Below, one piece after another: positions 1 to 8,937 of a stretch of DNA of 64,000 nt. The first letter of the stretch is position 1, and the number at the start of each line of letters is the position of its first letter. A program made the translations under genes and the position numbers. Source of the stretch: a virus (Duplodnaviria; Heunggongvirae; Uroviricota; Caudoviricetes); IMG/VR virus record IMGVR_UViG_3300016467_000502, positions 12,785 through 76,784 of that record. One strand, 5' to 3'. Below the pieces are notes generated by a model. It saw only the letters and a list, made by a program, of their open reading frames with translations, was not told the origin of the DNA and made no database searches.

Positions 1-989
1 TAAAAGCTACCGTCATTTTGCACGCCGGGTAACATGTAACCCGCAGCTTTTGTTGGATAAATTGCTTCCAATGCCGCAAGCTGCTCACCAGTCATCATCC
101 ATCCATACTTGTCAACAATGTCTGACAGAGTCATAAGGTCTAAACGACCAACCCAGTTTGATTGAGAAATATACCTTGCCTCAGGACTTTTGTGATAGAA
201 CGTCAATACAGGATTCCACAGCTCAATGTCAAAATCATCCTCATTCATTTTAAAATGCCAGAACTCGCGATCTGTAATCAACATATCGCGGAAGGCTGTA
301 GTTTCTAGTTCTTTCAGATAGAAGCGCTCCTCATCAACGTTGTGCTGATGCGTTGCCCATTCCTCCACCATGCTGCGGTAATCTTTCTTAAAGAATTCCT
401 CAATCTCAGGAAGGGTCTTCAGGTTCTCAGGACTCATCATTTGTTGAGCCTTTTGCGCCTGCTCCTCGTCTTCAAGGTTCAGTCCCATTTTTTCAATGGT
501 CTGCTGCATTGTTCTTTCCGCTTCCGCCAGCAACGTTTCTTCAATCATCATTCGCTTGGCTTCCATCAGTTCGTTGAAACTGGTGTCATCCACTGCACGA
601 TAAGTGATACGGTCGTTACGTTTTGCAAACTCACCCACCATCACGTTGATCACGTTGGGGATTATAGGGAAAAACTTAAGCTGAAATGCAGACGCGTCTT
701 CCTTGGTAAGAACATCAATCAGATCAGCCACTTCGTTATCTTCTTCTACTACATAGTCTGTTTTGTCAATGATACCATTGGCAAGCTTGTAGTTCTTGAG
801 TAAACGACGTGAGTTACGGCGGATTTGCTTGAGCCCTTGCATCTCCAACCAGTCCATGTTCCACGCTCCCCAGGATTCATCTTTTTCATCGCGCAATAAA
901 AACTGCACGGGCTGGGTAATAGTGCCCATGCGGTTGTATTCCGCTCTGGCACCATTCTTTAATTGTAATGCGTTGTAAATCTTAGGCAT
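1..989 (-). CDS. hypothetical protein, 3'-truncated by window edge (possibly portal; immediately downstream of terL)
   Basis: Continuous minus-strand reading frame from ATG at 989 to position 1 with no stops (>=329 codons, MPKIYNALQLKNG...). The plus ORF 342..803 is its stop-poor antisense shadow. Portal is guessed from gene order only. Confidence 0.55.
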   Translation of the reverse strand, partial: MPKIYNALQLKNGARAEYNRMGTITQPVQFLLRDEKDESWGAWNMDWLEMQGLKQIRRNSRRLLKNYKLANGIIDKTDYVVEEDNEVADLIDVLTKEDASAFQLKFFPIIPNVINVMVGEFAKRNDRITYRAVDDTSFNELMEAKRMMIEETLLAEAERTMQQTIEKMGLNLEDEEQAQKAQQMMSPENLKTLPEIEEFFKKDYRSMVEEWATHQHNVDEERFYLKELETTAFRDMLITDREFWHFKMNEDDFDIELWNPVLTFYHKSPEARYISQSNWVGRLDLMTLSDIVDKYGWMMTGEQLAALEAIYPTKAAGYMLPGVQNDGSF

Positions 990-1009
990 GGTGTTTTCAA
1001 TAGGTCAGG

Positions 1010-3211
1010 TTAACGTAAGTTCCTGAACGGATTTCTGGGTTTTTTCATAAGTGAAGAACTGCCATTGGTTTGACCCATATGGCGAAAGGGGCTCTTATAT
1101 AATGTACTGAATTTGGAGGAGTTCTCCAAATTGGTCTGCTCACGTTCGACACGTTTGCTATAACCTCTATTTGACTCCTGCACCTTAGCAAAAGCAACGA
1201 GTGCACAGAATGCTACAAGCCTGTCGACGTTGAGCCCTTTGCGGTAGGCTTGCATCTCTTTCAGCAGCATAGGATCAGGGATTCTTTCTACTCCGTATAT
1301 AGACTTTACAATGTTTCCATGTTCATCAGTCTCATTGTCCAGCTCTTCTTCCATAAACTGTACAGCGTAGCTTAGCAGATTTCCTCGGAAGATGTTACCA
1401 ACGTTGCGCCATCCGTATTCTTGAAACACGTTGGTGTTACTCATCAGTTCTTTTAAAAACAGGATTTGGTTTTTAGGTACCAGGTATTTCTGCTTGCGCT
1501 TGGAAATCATGTACTGGATGAATAGGGAGATGTTGTTTTCTACTACTGTCCACGCATTGTACCACTCAATCATTAGCTCAAGGCGCTCATGGGTTTTATT
1601 GAGGTCGTCAAAACGACCGCACCAGCTTGCCACAATTTTGTCACGCTCAATGATCTGCTCAATACTGCCGTCTTTCTTATGACGGGTAATTTCCTGAGAA
1701 GTCTTGTAGATGAAGATGGAGCATAGCGACTCAGAGGTCGTCGTCTTACCTTCTGCCACGGGGTCAACGCTGGCATAGTACATACCAAACTGGGCATCCT
1801 TGATGGGGCGCTCATATACGCAAATAACCCCTTCCTTATTCTGAGTCTTAGGTGTAATGGGAAATTCCAGGATTGGAAGCTTCTTACTTTCCTGTGCCTG
1901 GATTTTACCGTGCTCATCGCGGTGCAGGTTTACGTACTCGGTAAAATACGTCTTGTCTTCAATGCGTCTGAGCTGCTGGGTAACCAGGTGAAGCGGAAAT
2001 ACTGAGTCTTCACGGGATGCAAATGCCTCTGAGATGTACATGGGCTTCTGAGAAACCCTCAGCTGATACTCATCCGGGCGTAGTTTCTTTTTCCAGTCCT
2101 CGCGTTCTGACAGGATCATGGTCATAGCCTCCTCTACTTTAGAGTTCCCGTACTGGTCAATGCAGGGTATCATACTCCACTGCTCTGGAATAAACAGTCC
2201 ACATTCCCCAATCTGTCCGTTCTCATCCATGAGGTTGGTTTCAACAGCTAGCACATCCTTGGAATCAGGATTTAAAATCATGTCCTTTAGCGGTTCACAC
2301 TGCTCCAGGTCACCGACAGATCCTGCTACCACAAACTGACCGGTGTAGATCATACCCGATTTCATGGCAGGAAGCAGGTACTCCAGGGTCTTACCCATGT
2401 GCGGAGCGATACCAGCCTCCTCGTGGAAGAACAGTGTACAGGGACCACCGACACCATTGGTAGGGTCTTTCTCCAGCACCAGGCCTATCAGAACGCTTTT
2501 CAGACCTACGTCACGTTTACGACCACCCTGGTTGATCTCAATCTTCTGTTCCCAGTTAAGCACCTTGTCAGGATTGCTGGGACGGTACCACGCGGTGTGG
2601 GTGTTCAGGAAGTTTCGGTATTCCTCCAGAAAACGCCAGGTACCTTTCTCTGCAATGTAGTCTTTTAGAGAGCCTGCCATCTTGTTGATGGCCCCCTCTT
2701 CAAACCAGTACAGATTGATCATCTTGGCGGCATGAAAGTATGACGAGGCAATCTGACGTTTCTTCAGGATTGCCGCGTGTTTGTAGTATTGCTTGGCTAG
2801 CTCCTCATATAACGCCATGTGGTACTGCGCGTCTCGTACATCAGGAAAGGTGAACTTACCTACCTCTTTGTTGTAAATAGGCAGGAAGTTCAGCCACATG
2901 TAGTAATCGCGCGGTAAATACCATGTCTTGTCACCATTCTTAAAGATGACACCGTTGCGACACTTGTCTTTTTCTGTGTCCCAGTAGTGTACAAAGTCTT
3001 TACTTTTAGGCGGTGCAGGGCAGTAGAACTTATCACGGTTAAACCTGCGGGCCTGCTCATTAAACTTCTGAGACGTTTCATCAAACCCATACTGGCCAGG
3101 TTCCTTGAACATCTCGTGTAAAAACGCACGAAATGTTTCACGTGTCACAAATTCCGTGTGGCTCCACTCACCAGTGGCATTATCATAGGTTGGGATTCTT
3201 ATGTACGTCAT
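1010..3211 (-). CDS. terL: terminase large subunit (ATPase + RNaseH-like nuclease domains)
   Basis: 733 aa. C-terminal nuclease-like motif YASVDPVAEGKTTTSESLCSIFIY (DP.a.G...D pattern of TerL nucleases); size and position next to a portal-like gene. Walker A is not canonical. Confidence 0.6.
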   Translation of the reverse strand: MTYIRIPTYDNATGEWSHTEFVTRETFRAFLHEMFKEPGQYGFDETSQKFNEQARRFNRDKFYCPAPPKSKDFVHYWDTEKDKCRNGVIFKNGDKTWYLPRDYYMWLNFLPIYNKEVGKFTFPDVRDAQYHMALYEELAKQYYKHAAILKKRQIASSYFHAAKMINLYWFEEGAINKMAGSLKDYIAEKGTWRFLEEYRNFLNTHTAWYRPSNPDKVLNWEQKIEINQGGRKRDVGLKSVLIGLVLEKDPTNGVGGPCTLFFHEEAGIAPHMGKTLEYLLPAMKSGMIYTGQFVVAGSVGDLEQCEPLKDMILNPDSKDVLAVETNLMDENGQIGECGLFIPEQWSMIPCIDQYGNSKVEEAMTMILSEREDWKKKLRPDEYQLRVSQKPMYISEAFASREDSVFPLHLVTQQLRRIEDKTYFTEYVNLHRDEHGKIQAQESKKLPILEFPITPKTQNKEGVICVYERPIKDAQFGMYYASVDPVAEGKTTTSESLCSIFIYKTSQEITRHKKDGSIEQIIERDKIVASWCGRFDDLNKTHERLELMIEWYNAWTVVENNISLFIQYMISKRKQKYLVPKNQILFLKELMSNTNVFQEYGWRNVGNIFRGNLLSYAVQFMEEELDNETDEHGNIVKSIYGVERIPDPMLLKEMQAYRKGLNVDRLVAFCALVAFAKVQESNRGYSKRVEREQTNLENSSKFSTLYKSPFRHMGQTNGSSSLMKKPRNPFRNLR

Positions 3212-3214
3212 TGC

Positions 3215-3386
3215 TTCAGGTCGTCTACTATCAGGCGCACATGGGGTTTGTCAATGCCCCACACCACATGCTTGATTTCATAAGTTGTGTTATTCAGCTC
3301 AAGCCACTCTCCTTTGCAGGGAACTTGCTTAAGTTCATGGTATCCAAGAAGACCATCTGCTTTATGGATTATCACCGTTTTGTGCA
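3215..3386 (-). CDS. small hypothetical protein (57 aa)
   Basis: Hand-translated ORF MHKTVIIHKADGLLGYHELKQVPCKGEWLELNNTTYEIKHVVWGIDKPHVRLIVDDL. It fills the gap upstream of terL. Confidence 0.3.
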
Positions 3387-3577
3387 TCGCAAGCGTTTTT
3401 TAGTTTTTCCATCAGTGAGGTCACACATTTGGCATCAATCAGCTGATGCGTCATTTCACCTCTGTTCCAGTACGCTTGATGGTCCTCACGATGGAATGCG
3501 TACCAGGTGTTATTATAGCTGTTATAGTGCAACAGCCATTCAAACATCCACTCTTGGTCAGTTTTGAAGTTTGTCAT
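3362..3577 (-). CDS. hypothetical protein
   Basis: 71 aa ORF in a densely packed minus-strand block. Confidence 0.4.
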   Translation of the reverse strand: MTNFKTDQEWMFEWLLHYNSYNNTWYAFHREDHQAYWNRGEMTHQLIDAKCVTSLMEKLKNACDAQNGDNP

Positions 3578-3776
3578 ACGGGTATATTTTTACATGCAAG
3601 AAATACAAACCAAAGAATGCAGCCGACACAGCATAGAACACGATATCCGTGATCCAGTATGAACCTGTCCACTCCATCACTAGGGCGAAAAGCGCATCGA
3701 AACCAAAAGGGTTGAAGAACATCGCCAGCATTAGCAGGATGTTCCTGGTATGGGTCTTTTTGTGTACTCGTATCAT
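3558..3776 (-). CDS. small membrane protein (2 predicted TM helices)
   Basis: 72 aa with hydrophobic stretches ILLMLAMFFNPFGF and IVFYAVSAAFFGLYFL. Preferred over the overlapping ORF 3574..3786. Confidence 0.4.
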   Translation of the reverse strand: MIRVHKKTHTRNILLMLAMFFNPFGFDALFALVMEWTGSYWITDIVFYAVSAAFFGLYFLHVKIYPYDKLQN

Positions 3777-3806
3777 CAGGGTCCATAGGATAGGGATTCG
3801 TTCAAC

Positions 3807-4331
3807 TTACATCTGGTCATAGCCCAGTTGCTGACCTCCGCGCACCATGCTTTTCTGTTCTTCCATCAAATCTTTATATGCTCCCTTGAAGCTCATGCGG
3901 ATGGCTTCAAACTTGGCAGCTGCATTGACCAGGGAGTTGATGTTTCCATCGCGTCCGTGTTCAATGGGCGTGGTTTCCATGTACTTTGCTAAGCGGTCTA
4001 GCATATGCTTCATCCCGATGTACGCGCGGTAGGTCGGGGTCTCATACAGTTTCTTGCACATCTCTAGGGCATAGAGAATAGTCTCATCTTCCGTAGAGAA
4101 GTCAGGGTTAATCTGAGAGAGAATCAGTTCTTCCTTTTCGTTCTCAGGGGTGTCAAAAAACGGATTCATGTCAGGATTTGGGCAGCTCATGTAGAACAGG
4201 TACAGATACACTTTCATGTAGCTGTCTGGATATTCTTCCATTATGTCTTTCAGGAACTTCAGCGCATAGCAATGTTCTGATGGGATGATTGCTCCTTCAT
4301 GTATGTCAAATAGTTTTACCATGTCTTCCAA
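3807..4331 (-). CDS. hypothetical protein
   Basis: 174 aa ORF with no recognised motif. Confidence 0.55.
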   Translation of the reverse strand: MEDMVKLFDIHEGAIIPSEHCYALKFLKDIMEEYPDSYMKVYLYLFYMSCPNPDMNPFFDTPENEKEELILSQINPDFSTEDETILYALEMCKKLYETPTYRAYIGMKHMLDRLAKYMETTPIEHGRDGNINSLVNAAAKFEAIRMSFKGAYKDLMEEQKSMVRGGQQLGYDQM

Positions 4332-4512
4332 AGGTTATGTTCTTTCTTACGCGCAGTTCCTTGTGAGTGAACTGCCACATCTCTCCTGTTTTATCAATAA
4401 TGACCGTATAGACGGTATCTGTTTCATGTCCGTAGTCTGTGACCAGCCATACAGTACCTTTGCCCCTCGGTGTGTTTACCTCTAGGCGGTTGTGTGGTTC
4501 GTAAATCATCAT
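4306..4512 (-). CDS. small hypothetical protein
   Basis: 68 aa. Its start overlaps the stop of the upstream gene in an ATGA arrangement at 4509-4512 (translational coupling). Confidence 0.4.
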   Translation of the reverse strand: MMIYEPHNRLEVNTPRGKGTVWLVTDYGHETDTVYTVIIDKTGEMWQFTHKELRVRKNITFGRHGKTI

Positions 4513-5225
4513 AGCAGCGTAACTTGTATTTGTTCATCTCTATCCACCAATACGTAATACAATTCAATGTCGCTGCTCCACTCCAAACCTGTCCAGAATT
4601 CAAAGCCTTTAAACCCTGCCTTGTATCGGCAACATTTCTCATAACCTCCCAGCAGGTACACGTGCGTGCATCCTAGCGCTGCAGCTAGCTCACACTCGTG
4701 CATCTGTGCGATGTTACCCAGTGACAACTTGGGGTGTTCATAGTTCCAGATAAACTGCATGGCCAAAAACTGGTCTTCGTAAATCTTATAAAAGCTCACG
4801 CCTACTAGTTTATCATCATGCCAGTACTCAATGCAACTACATCCTTCAAAGAATTCCCACTGGATATCCCTGGCAAAGTCATGGTAATTGCAATACTGCT
4901 CGTAAAGCTGCATGTAATCCGCCTGATTCAGTGTCAAATCACCCGGCTGGGTGCGCACCTTGCGGCTTAGTTTTCTGACAGTTTCTGTCGGGCGGTATTG
5001 TGCAACTTCTAAGCGGACGCTGCGCACATTATACCAGTCAGAGCCCCAGGGAATCCAGCCTTCTTTTAGTGCGTCCGCTCCAGACTCTCCCGGCTCCAAT
5101 ACCCCATAAGGCGCTGAGTAGATAAAGTCCAAGTCAGAAACCTTACCAAATCCTTCTATATGGTCAAAGTGTATTTTCACTTTTTCTTCTTCTTTTGCAG
5201 GGCGGCTGCATTGTCTTTGTACCAA
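4509..5225 (-). CDS. aminoacyl-tRNA--protein transferase-like protein (ATE_C domain; Bpt/ATE1 family of N-end-rule transferases)
   Basis: C-terminal motif HVYLLGGYEKCCRYKAGFKGFEFWTGLEW matches the ATE_C signature YLGY..C.KM.YK..F.P.E..W. Upstream LYEQYCNYH and LVGVSFYKIYEDQFLAMQFIWNYEH also fit. About 240 aa, as for bacterial Bpt. Confidence 0.55.
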   Translation of the reverse strand: MVQRQCSRPAKEEEKVKIHFDHIEGFGKVSDLDFIYSAPYGVLEPGESGADALKEGWIPWGSDWYNVRSVRLEVAQYRPTETVRKLSRKVRTQPGDLTLNQADYMQLYEQYCNYHDFARDIQWEFFEGCSCIEYWHDDKLVGVSFYKIYEDQFLAMQFIWNYEHPKLSLGNIAQMHECELAAALGCTHVYLLGGYEKCCRYKAGFKGFEFWTGLEWSSDIELYYVLVDRDEQIQVTLL

Positions 5226-6025
5226 CTCATGATAGATAAGACCTCATCTTTAAGATAAGGCAACTGGTAAGGAATCACCTCTTTTACAATGGGTTCTCCG
5301 TTGCTGTCAAGCTTACTAATAGGGTATCCAAACTCATCCTTCTCATCTTCCTCTTCAAACAAGATGTGATGTATGCGCAAGGACCCAGGCTTAAGGTTAG
5401 GGTTATGCTTCAGTATCATAAACATGTAGATACTTAACTGAAGATTGTAATGGTTCAGGTTGCAATCATCCAGGTGAGACACAGGGAAGTTCATCTTCTG
5501 GGAGATACCCTCCCAGTTCTTGAACGATTCTGCCTTGATTTCTTTGTTGGTTTTGTAGTCGGTAATGTGTACCATACCATTGGCAACCTCCACCAAATCA
5601 CTCTGTCCGCAGATGCCAGCAGAGCGCAGGTATACCATGTGTTCAGGATAGATTCCTTCAATCAGTTTCTGAGAAGGTGCGACCTTCTTACCATGCTCAT
5701 CAAACATGGGGCGGATTACCGGCAGTTCCCTGTCGTGACGTGTCAGGGTAACACAGCCGGTAATATCCTGCTCCCGCTGGTCATGGTACCAATTCCCCAG
5801 GTTGCAGGCGCGTTCTGATTCACGCTTCCATGCGGCCTGGATCTGTTCAACAGTCATACCATACCATTTCCCCTTTTTGTTGGCGGCACTTTTCTTCGCT
5901 ACTGTGTCGCTGTCAAAGGGTTGTTTTAGATGTCCGATCAGCGTGGTGACGCTGGTCCAGACAGTACTATCGCTGGTATCAATGCTCTTATACGAGTGGG
6001 TTGAGGGTTCAAATACTAACGCCAT
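5177..6025 (-). CDS. PD-(D/E)XK nuclease (Cas4/RecB/lambda-Exo-like)
   Basis: Motifs GQSDLVEV ... HITDYKTNK (D-x(n)-D/E-x-K) and QLSIYM (QxxxY). Confidence 0.6.
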   Translation of the reverse strand: MALVFEPSTHSYKSIDTSDSTVWTSVTTLIGHLKQPFDSDTVAKKSAANKKGKWYGMTVEQIQAAWKRESERACNLGNWYHDQREQDITGCVTLTRHDRELPVIRPMFDEHGKKVAPSQKLIEGIYPEHMVYLRSAGICGQSDLVEVANGMVHITDYKTNKEIKAESFKNWEGISQKMNFPVSHLDDCNLNHYNLQLSIYMFMILKHNPNLKPGSLRIHHILFEEEDEKDEFGYPISKLDSNGEPIVKEVIPYQLPYLKDEVLSIMSWYKDNAAALQKKKKK

Positions 6026-6366
6026 TACTCCTCCGTTTCTAATTGTTCATTTAACATGTCCTCTTCTTGCTGGGTCATAACCGCATTCCAGCGTCCGTCG
6101 TCACAGGAGGACGACAGCGAGCGGGTCTTCAGACCCAGGCTACAGCCACAAAGACCGCAGCAGGGTTGGGTACCCGGTATGGCACACCGGCTTCCTTCCC
6201 TATCAATGTGTGTACAGCTTTGGCAGATGCTCATGCGCTGCGCAGCAATCTGCTCCACATGTTCTTTTTTGAACACGCGGTTGGTGATTCCCTCAAGAAT
6301 CTTCCCCTTGTTCTTCCAGATTTGTAATATGGTGTTCTTCATAGGTTGATGATTTTCTCTTGGCAA
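6025..6366 (-). CDS. cysteine-rich zinc-finger protein
   Basis: CQSCTHIDREGSRCAIPGTQPCCGLCGCSLGLK: multiple CxxC pairs. Confidence 0.45.
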   Translation of the reverse strand: MPRENHQPMKNTILQIWKNKGKILEGITNRVFKKEHVEQIAAQRMSICQSCTHIDREGSRCAIPGTQPCCGLCGCSLGLKTRSLSSSCDDGRWNAVMTQQEEDMLNEQLETEE

Positions 6367-6712
6367 TGATTTCAGCTTTGCGATCGCGCTCTTGCTGAAG
6401 TTTTTCTTTAATCTCGTGAAACTTTGCTAGGTCTTTTTGACCTTGAAGCTTTATCTCGTATGCGAGCATAGAAGGCATTTGTTCCAGCTGTGGGATGCGC
6501 TTCTGCAGTATCTCCATCTTGCGGTCAAGGCTTTTAGGCTTGATCACAAACTGACCCAGGTTGGGCACCTGGATTGAATAGTAGTCCCCTGAACTCATAC
6601 GCTTTCTCAGGGTGGTGTAGAAGAACGACACGATGTCTTCAACCAGCTCCACCGGAAGCTCCATTTGCTGCGCTGTTTTAGCGATCAGCTCTTTACGCTT
6701 TACTGGCCTCAA
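6293..6712 (-). CDS. hypothetical protein (coiled-coil)
   Basis: 139 aa, charged heptad-rich C-terminus. Confidence 0.5.
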   Translation of the reverse strand: MRPVKRKELIAKTAQQMELPVELVEDIVSFFYTTLRKRMSSGDYYSIQVPNLGQFVIKPKSLDRKMEILQKRIPQLEQMPSMLAYEIKLQGQKDLAKFHEIKEKLQQERDRKAEIIAKRKSSTYEEHHITNLEEQGEDS

Positions 6713-7088
6713 CTGCTAGAAAGTTATAGTCCAACAACACGTTACCTTTGGCAGCCACGGGAATGCGCCTGGTAATCTCGATCATCTTCTTACCGCCCTT
6801 GCTTTTCTCGACCAGCGCCCGTTTTTCCAGCTTGACAATGCGGTTGCGCACGTTTTGTGCACGCACCGCGATCTCCTCCGGTTTTATCTCTGGGTTGAGT
6901 TTTTTGGCAGCCTGGGTACAAAATGCACCCAGCTCCATCGGACCCCATAGGGCCAGGAGTGTAAGCAACTCCATGTCAGAGGGGATCAGGTGCTCTTTGG
7001 AAAAGAACATCACCTCTGTCATGATCTGGTATTTGACCAAGTCATGTGACGTGACCCTGATCTTTTTTTGTATTCTATTGACTTCCAT
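6693..7088 (-). CDS. hypothetical protein
   Basis: 131 aa ORF, contiguous with neighbours. Confidence 0.5.
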   Translation of the reverse strand: MEVNRIQKKIRVTSHDLVKYQIMTEVMFFSKEHLIPSDMELLTLLALWGPMELGAFCTQAAKKLNPEIKPEEIAVRAQNVRNRIVKLEKRALVEKSKGGKKMIEITRRIPVAAKGNVLLDYNFLAVEASKA

Positions 7089-7246
7089 AGGACGTTAGTG
7101 TTGTATCGCTACACCCAGGACTTGCACCTGGATAACACCCGTTGTCACAAATGTTGCCAGTATTTGTGACGAGCTGCCCACCCGACAGCAGATGTGGTTA
7201 ACTTAAAGCTTCGCCCAGTGCGCGATACTGAGGTTTTTCATATTTG

Positions 7247-7327
7247 TTGTGCAGGAGGGACTCGAACCCCCACGCCTCACGGACCAGATTTACAGTCTGG
7301 CGAGCCAACCAGTTGCTCAACTGCACA
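7247..7327 (-). tRNA. tRNA-Tyr (anticodon GTA), class II
   Basis: Reverse complement folds as acceptor tgtgcag/ctgcaca, D arm gagc/gctc, anticodon arm ccaga-ctGTAaa-tctgg, long variable arm, T loop ttcgagt; 81 nt. Confidence 0.8.
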
Positions 7328-7335
7328 ATGGATTC

Positions 7336-7785
7336 TTAATCTAACAGCACCCAGTCTTCAGCCAGGATATCTGTTTGAGATGCTAACCAAGGCACGTAGT
7401 CTGAATATCCAGCACCCCAATAATGAGAATCACCAGCAGTTTTCATTACAATATGAGGAAGCATTTGTCCTGCCTTACCTTGTGTTTGTCCTTCTACTTC
7501 TGAATCAACAGCAGCCGAGTTTAAATGTCCGTTAACTGGGTATCCTTGAACTAAAGTCAAATACATTCCTTTACCATTCCATCCTTGACGGCATACTTTT
7601 TTACCATCTTTCATAGCTTCAATAGCCTGGCCAAACGTCAACCCCGCGTTGATCTTTGTTACACTGTATTTCTGACTTAGCGTTTGCATAAATTGTTCAA
7701 CGTCTGACGGAAACGTTACAACCGCATTGTCCCACTGCTTTTGCCAGTCTCTGACTTCAGCAATAAGCTCTAGTAAATTTTTCAT
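7336..7785 (-). CDS. DUF2829-domain protein (Tad2-like; candidate Thoeris anti-defence cyclic-nucleotide sponge)
   Basis: GKKVCRQGWNGKGMYL and C-terminal WLASQTDILAEDWVLLD match the DUF2829/Tad2 hallmark segments as recalled. About 47 aa of N-terminal extension. Confidence 0.55.
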   Translation of the reverse strand: MKNLLELIAEVRDWQKQWDNAVVTFPSDVEQFMQTLSQKYSVTKINAGLTFGQAIEAMKDGKKVCRQGWNGKGMYLTLVQGYPVNGHLNSAAVDSEVEGQTQGKAGQMLPHIVMKTAGDSHYWGAGYSDYVPWLASQTDILAEDWVLLD

Positions 7786-8048
7786 TTCTTTAACCCCTTG
7801 GCAATGCCCTTTACTGCATACATCTGCGCGGTTTCTAAATGTTCCATAGCAATGTCAAAGCATCTTTTCTGTTCAAGATGTGCTTCGATATCAACAATTG
7901 TAGAATTGATTTTCTCATTGTTGCAGTAGTCAATGGCATCTGCCATCATACGTTTGAATGTTCCAATCTTGTCATCCGAAGATGGATTGAAATTGATGTG
8001 ACATCTGGACTCCCCCAGTGTCAATGTTTTCATGTCTGTGTTTTCCAT
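7782..8048 (-). CDS. hypothetical protein
   Basis: 88 aa ORF overlapping its neighbour by 4 nt. Confidence 0.5.
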   Translation of the reverse strand: MENTDMKTLTLGESRCHINFNPSSDDKIGTFKRMMADAIDYCNNEKINSTIVDIEAHLEQKRCFDIAMEHLETAQMYAVKGIAKGLKK

Positions 8049-8056
8049 AGTTGGTT

Positions 8057-8221
8057 TTAGTTAATTGGTACTTCAAATACTACTACACCGCAATGGTCCG
8101 CGTTGTCCCATAGGGTTGAATCATCACAGTTAAGAATCTCTAAGAGATGCTTTGCTTCTTTCTGTGTGGTCTCTCCAGTATTGTAGATCAAGAGAGTTCT
8201 TTTGGTTTGCTTTTTAGGCAT
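8057..8221 (-). CDS. small hypothetical protein (54 aa)
   Basis: Hand-translated MPKKQTKRTLLIYNTGETTQKEAKHLLEILNCDDSTLWDNADHCGVVVFEVPIN. It fills an intergenic gap. Confidence 0.35.
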   Translation of the reverse strand: MPKKQTKRTLLIYNTGETTQKEAKHLLEILNCDDSTLWDNADHCGVVVFEVPIN

Positions 8222-8241
8222 GTTGTTTTGGTTTTTATTGG

Positions 8242-8580
8242 TTAGTCTTTCTCATAGATGCGCTCCATTAACAGCTGTACAAGCAGTCCTACCATTTCTT
8301 CTGACTCCACCTCACGTTGTCGCAGGATGTCAAATGCGGCAAGAACAACTACTCTGGAAATCATGGCCAGCTCTCGCTTACCGTTGATCACCAGCAAATT
8401 CTTCACGCCGTGTTTTGTGTTCCACTGTCTGAAGGCTACAGGTAATCCTGTTAACTCTTTAGCAGCGCTTTCAGCTTCTTCCTTGCTCAGGAAGAAATCG
8501 ATTTCTGAAGTAATGTTTACTTCATTCTCCAACAGCAACACGTCCTGTTGCAGAAGGTCTAGGGTAATTATTTTTTTCAT
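8242..8580 (-). CDS. hypothetical protein
   Basis: 112 aa ORF. Confidence 0.5.
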   Translation of the reverse strand: MKKIITLDLLQQDVLLLENEVNITSEIDFFLSKEEAESAAKELTGLPVAFRQWNTKHGVKNLLVINGKRELAMISRVVVLAAFDILRQREVESEEMVGLLVQLLMERIYEKD

Positions 8581-8599
8581 AGATTGGTTTTAAAATTTG

Positions 8600-8673
8600 T
8601 AGCGGGGAGTGGATTCGAACCACTGACCTCCAGGTTATGAGCCTAGCGAGCTGACCATCTGCTCTACCCCGCC
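8600..8673 (-). tRNA. tRNA-Met (anticodon CAT; elongator type, or Ile2 if lysidinylated)
   Basis: Reverse complement folds as acceptor ggcgggg/ccccgct, D gagc/gctc, anticodon arm ctagg-ctCATaa-cctgg, T arm agtgg-ttcgaat-ccact; 74 nt. Confidence 0.8.
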
Positions 8674-8679
8674 TTCCGT

Positions 8680-8916
8680 TTAGGCTTCTACAAAGTCCTT
8701 CAGCTTTGCCAGGAATTTGTTGTTAGCCTTTATGCTGTCTTCCACTGCTGTCTGCTCAACTTTGAGCGCGGTGATTTTGTCGTCCAACTCACTGCTCAAC
8801 TTCTCTTGTTCGGCAATCACCAGGTGCATATCTTGATAGGCGCTGGTGAAAATGCTCATGACTTTGTCAGACTTCTCCTTGAGAAGCTGACTCTTGGTTT
8901 TTTGTGGTGCAAACAT
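8680..8916 (-). CDS. hypothetical protein (coiled-coil)
   Basis: 78 aa ORF. Confidence 0.5.
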   Translation of the reverse strand: MFAPQKTKSQLLKEKSDKVMSIFTSAYQDMHLVIAEQEKLSSELDDKITALKVEQTAVEDSIKANNKFLAKLKDFVEA

Positions 8917-8937
8917 TGGATATTGGATTATTAGGGA

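Noticed and set aside
342-803. 153-aa plus-strand ORF (L/H/R-rich)
   Set aside because: It lies antisense to a continuous, better-composed minus-strand reading frame running from 989 to the window edge. The stop-poor, Leu/Arg/His-rich composition is typical of an antisense shadow ORF.
3574-3786. Alternative 70-aa ORF overlapping 3558..3776
   Set aside because: The other frame encodes a plausible two-helix membrane protein. This frame is compositionally odd.
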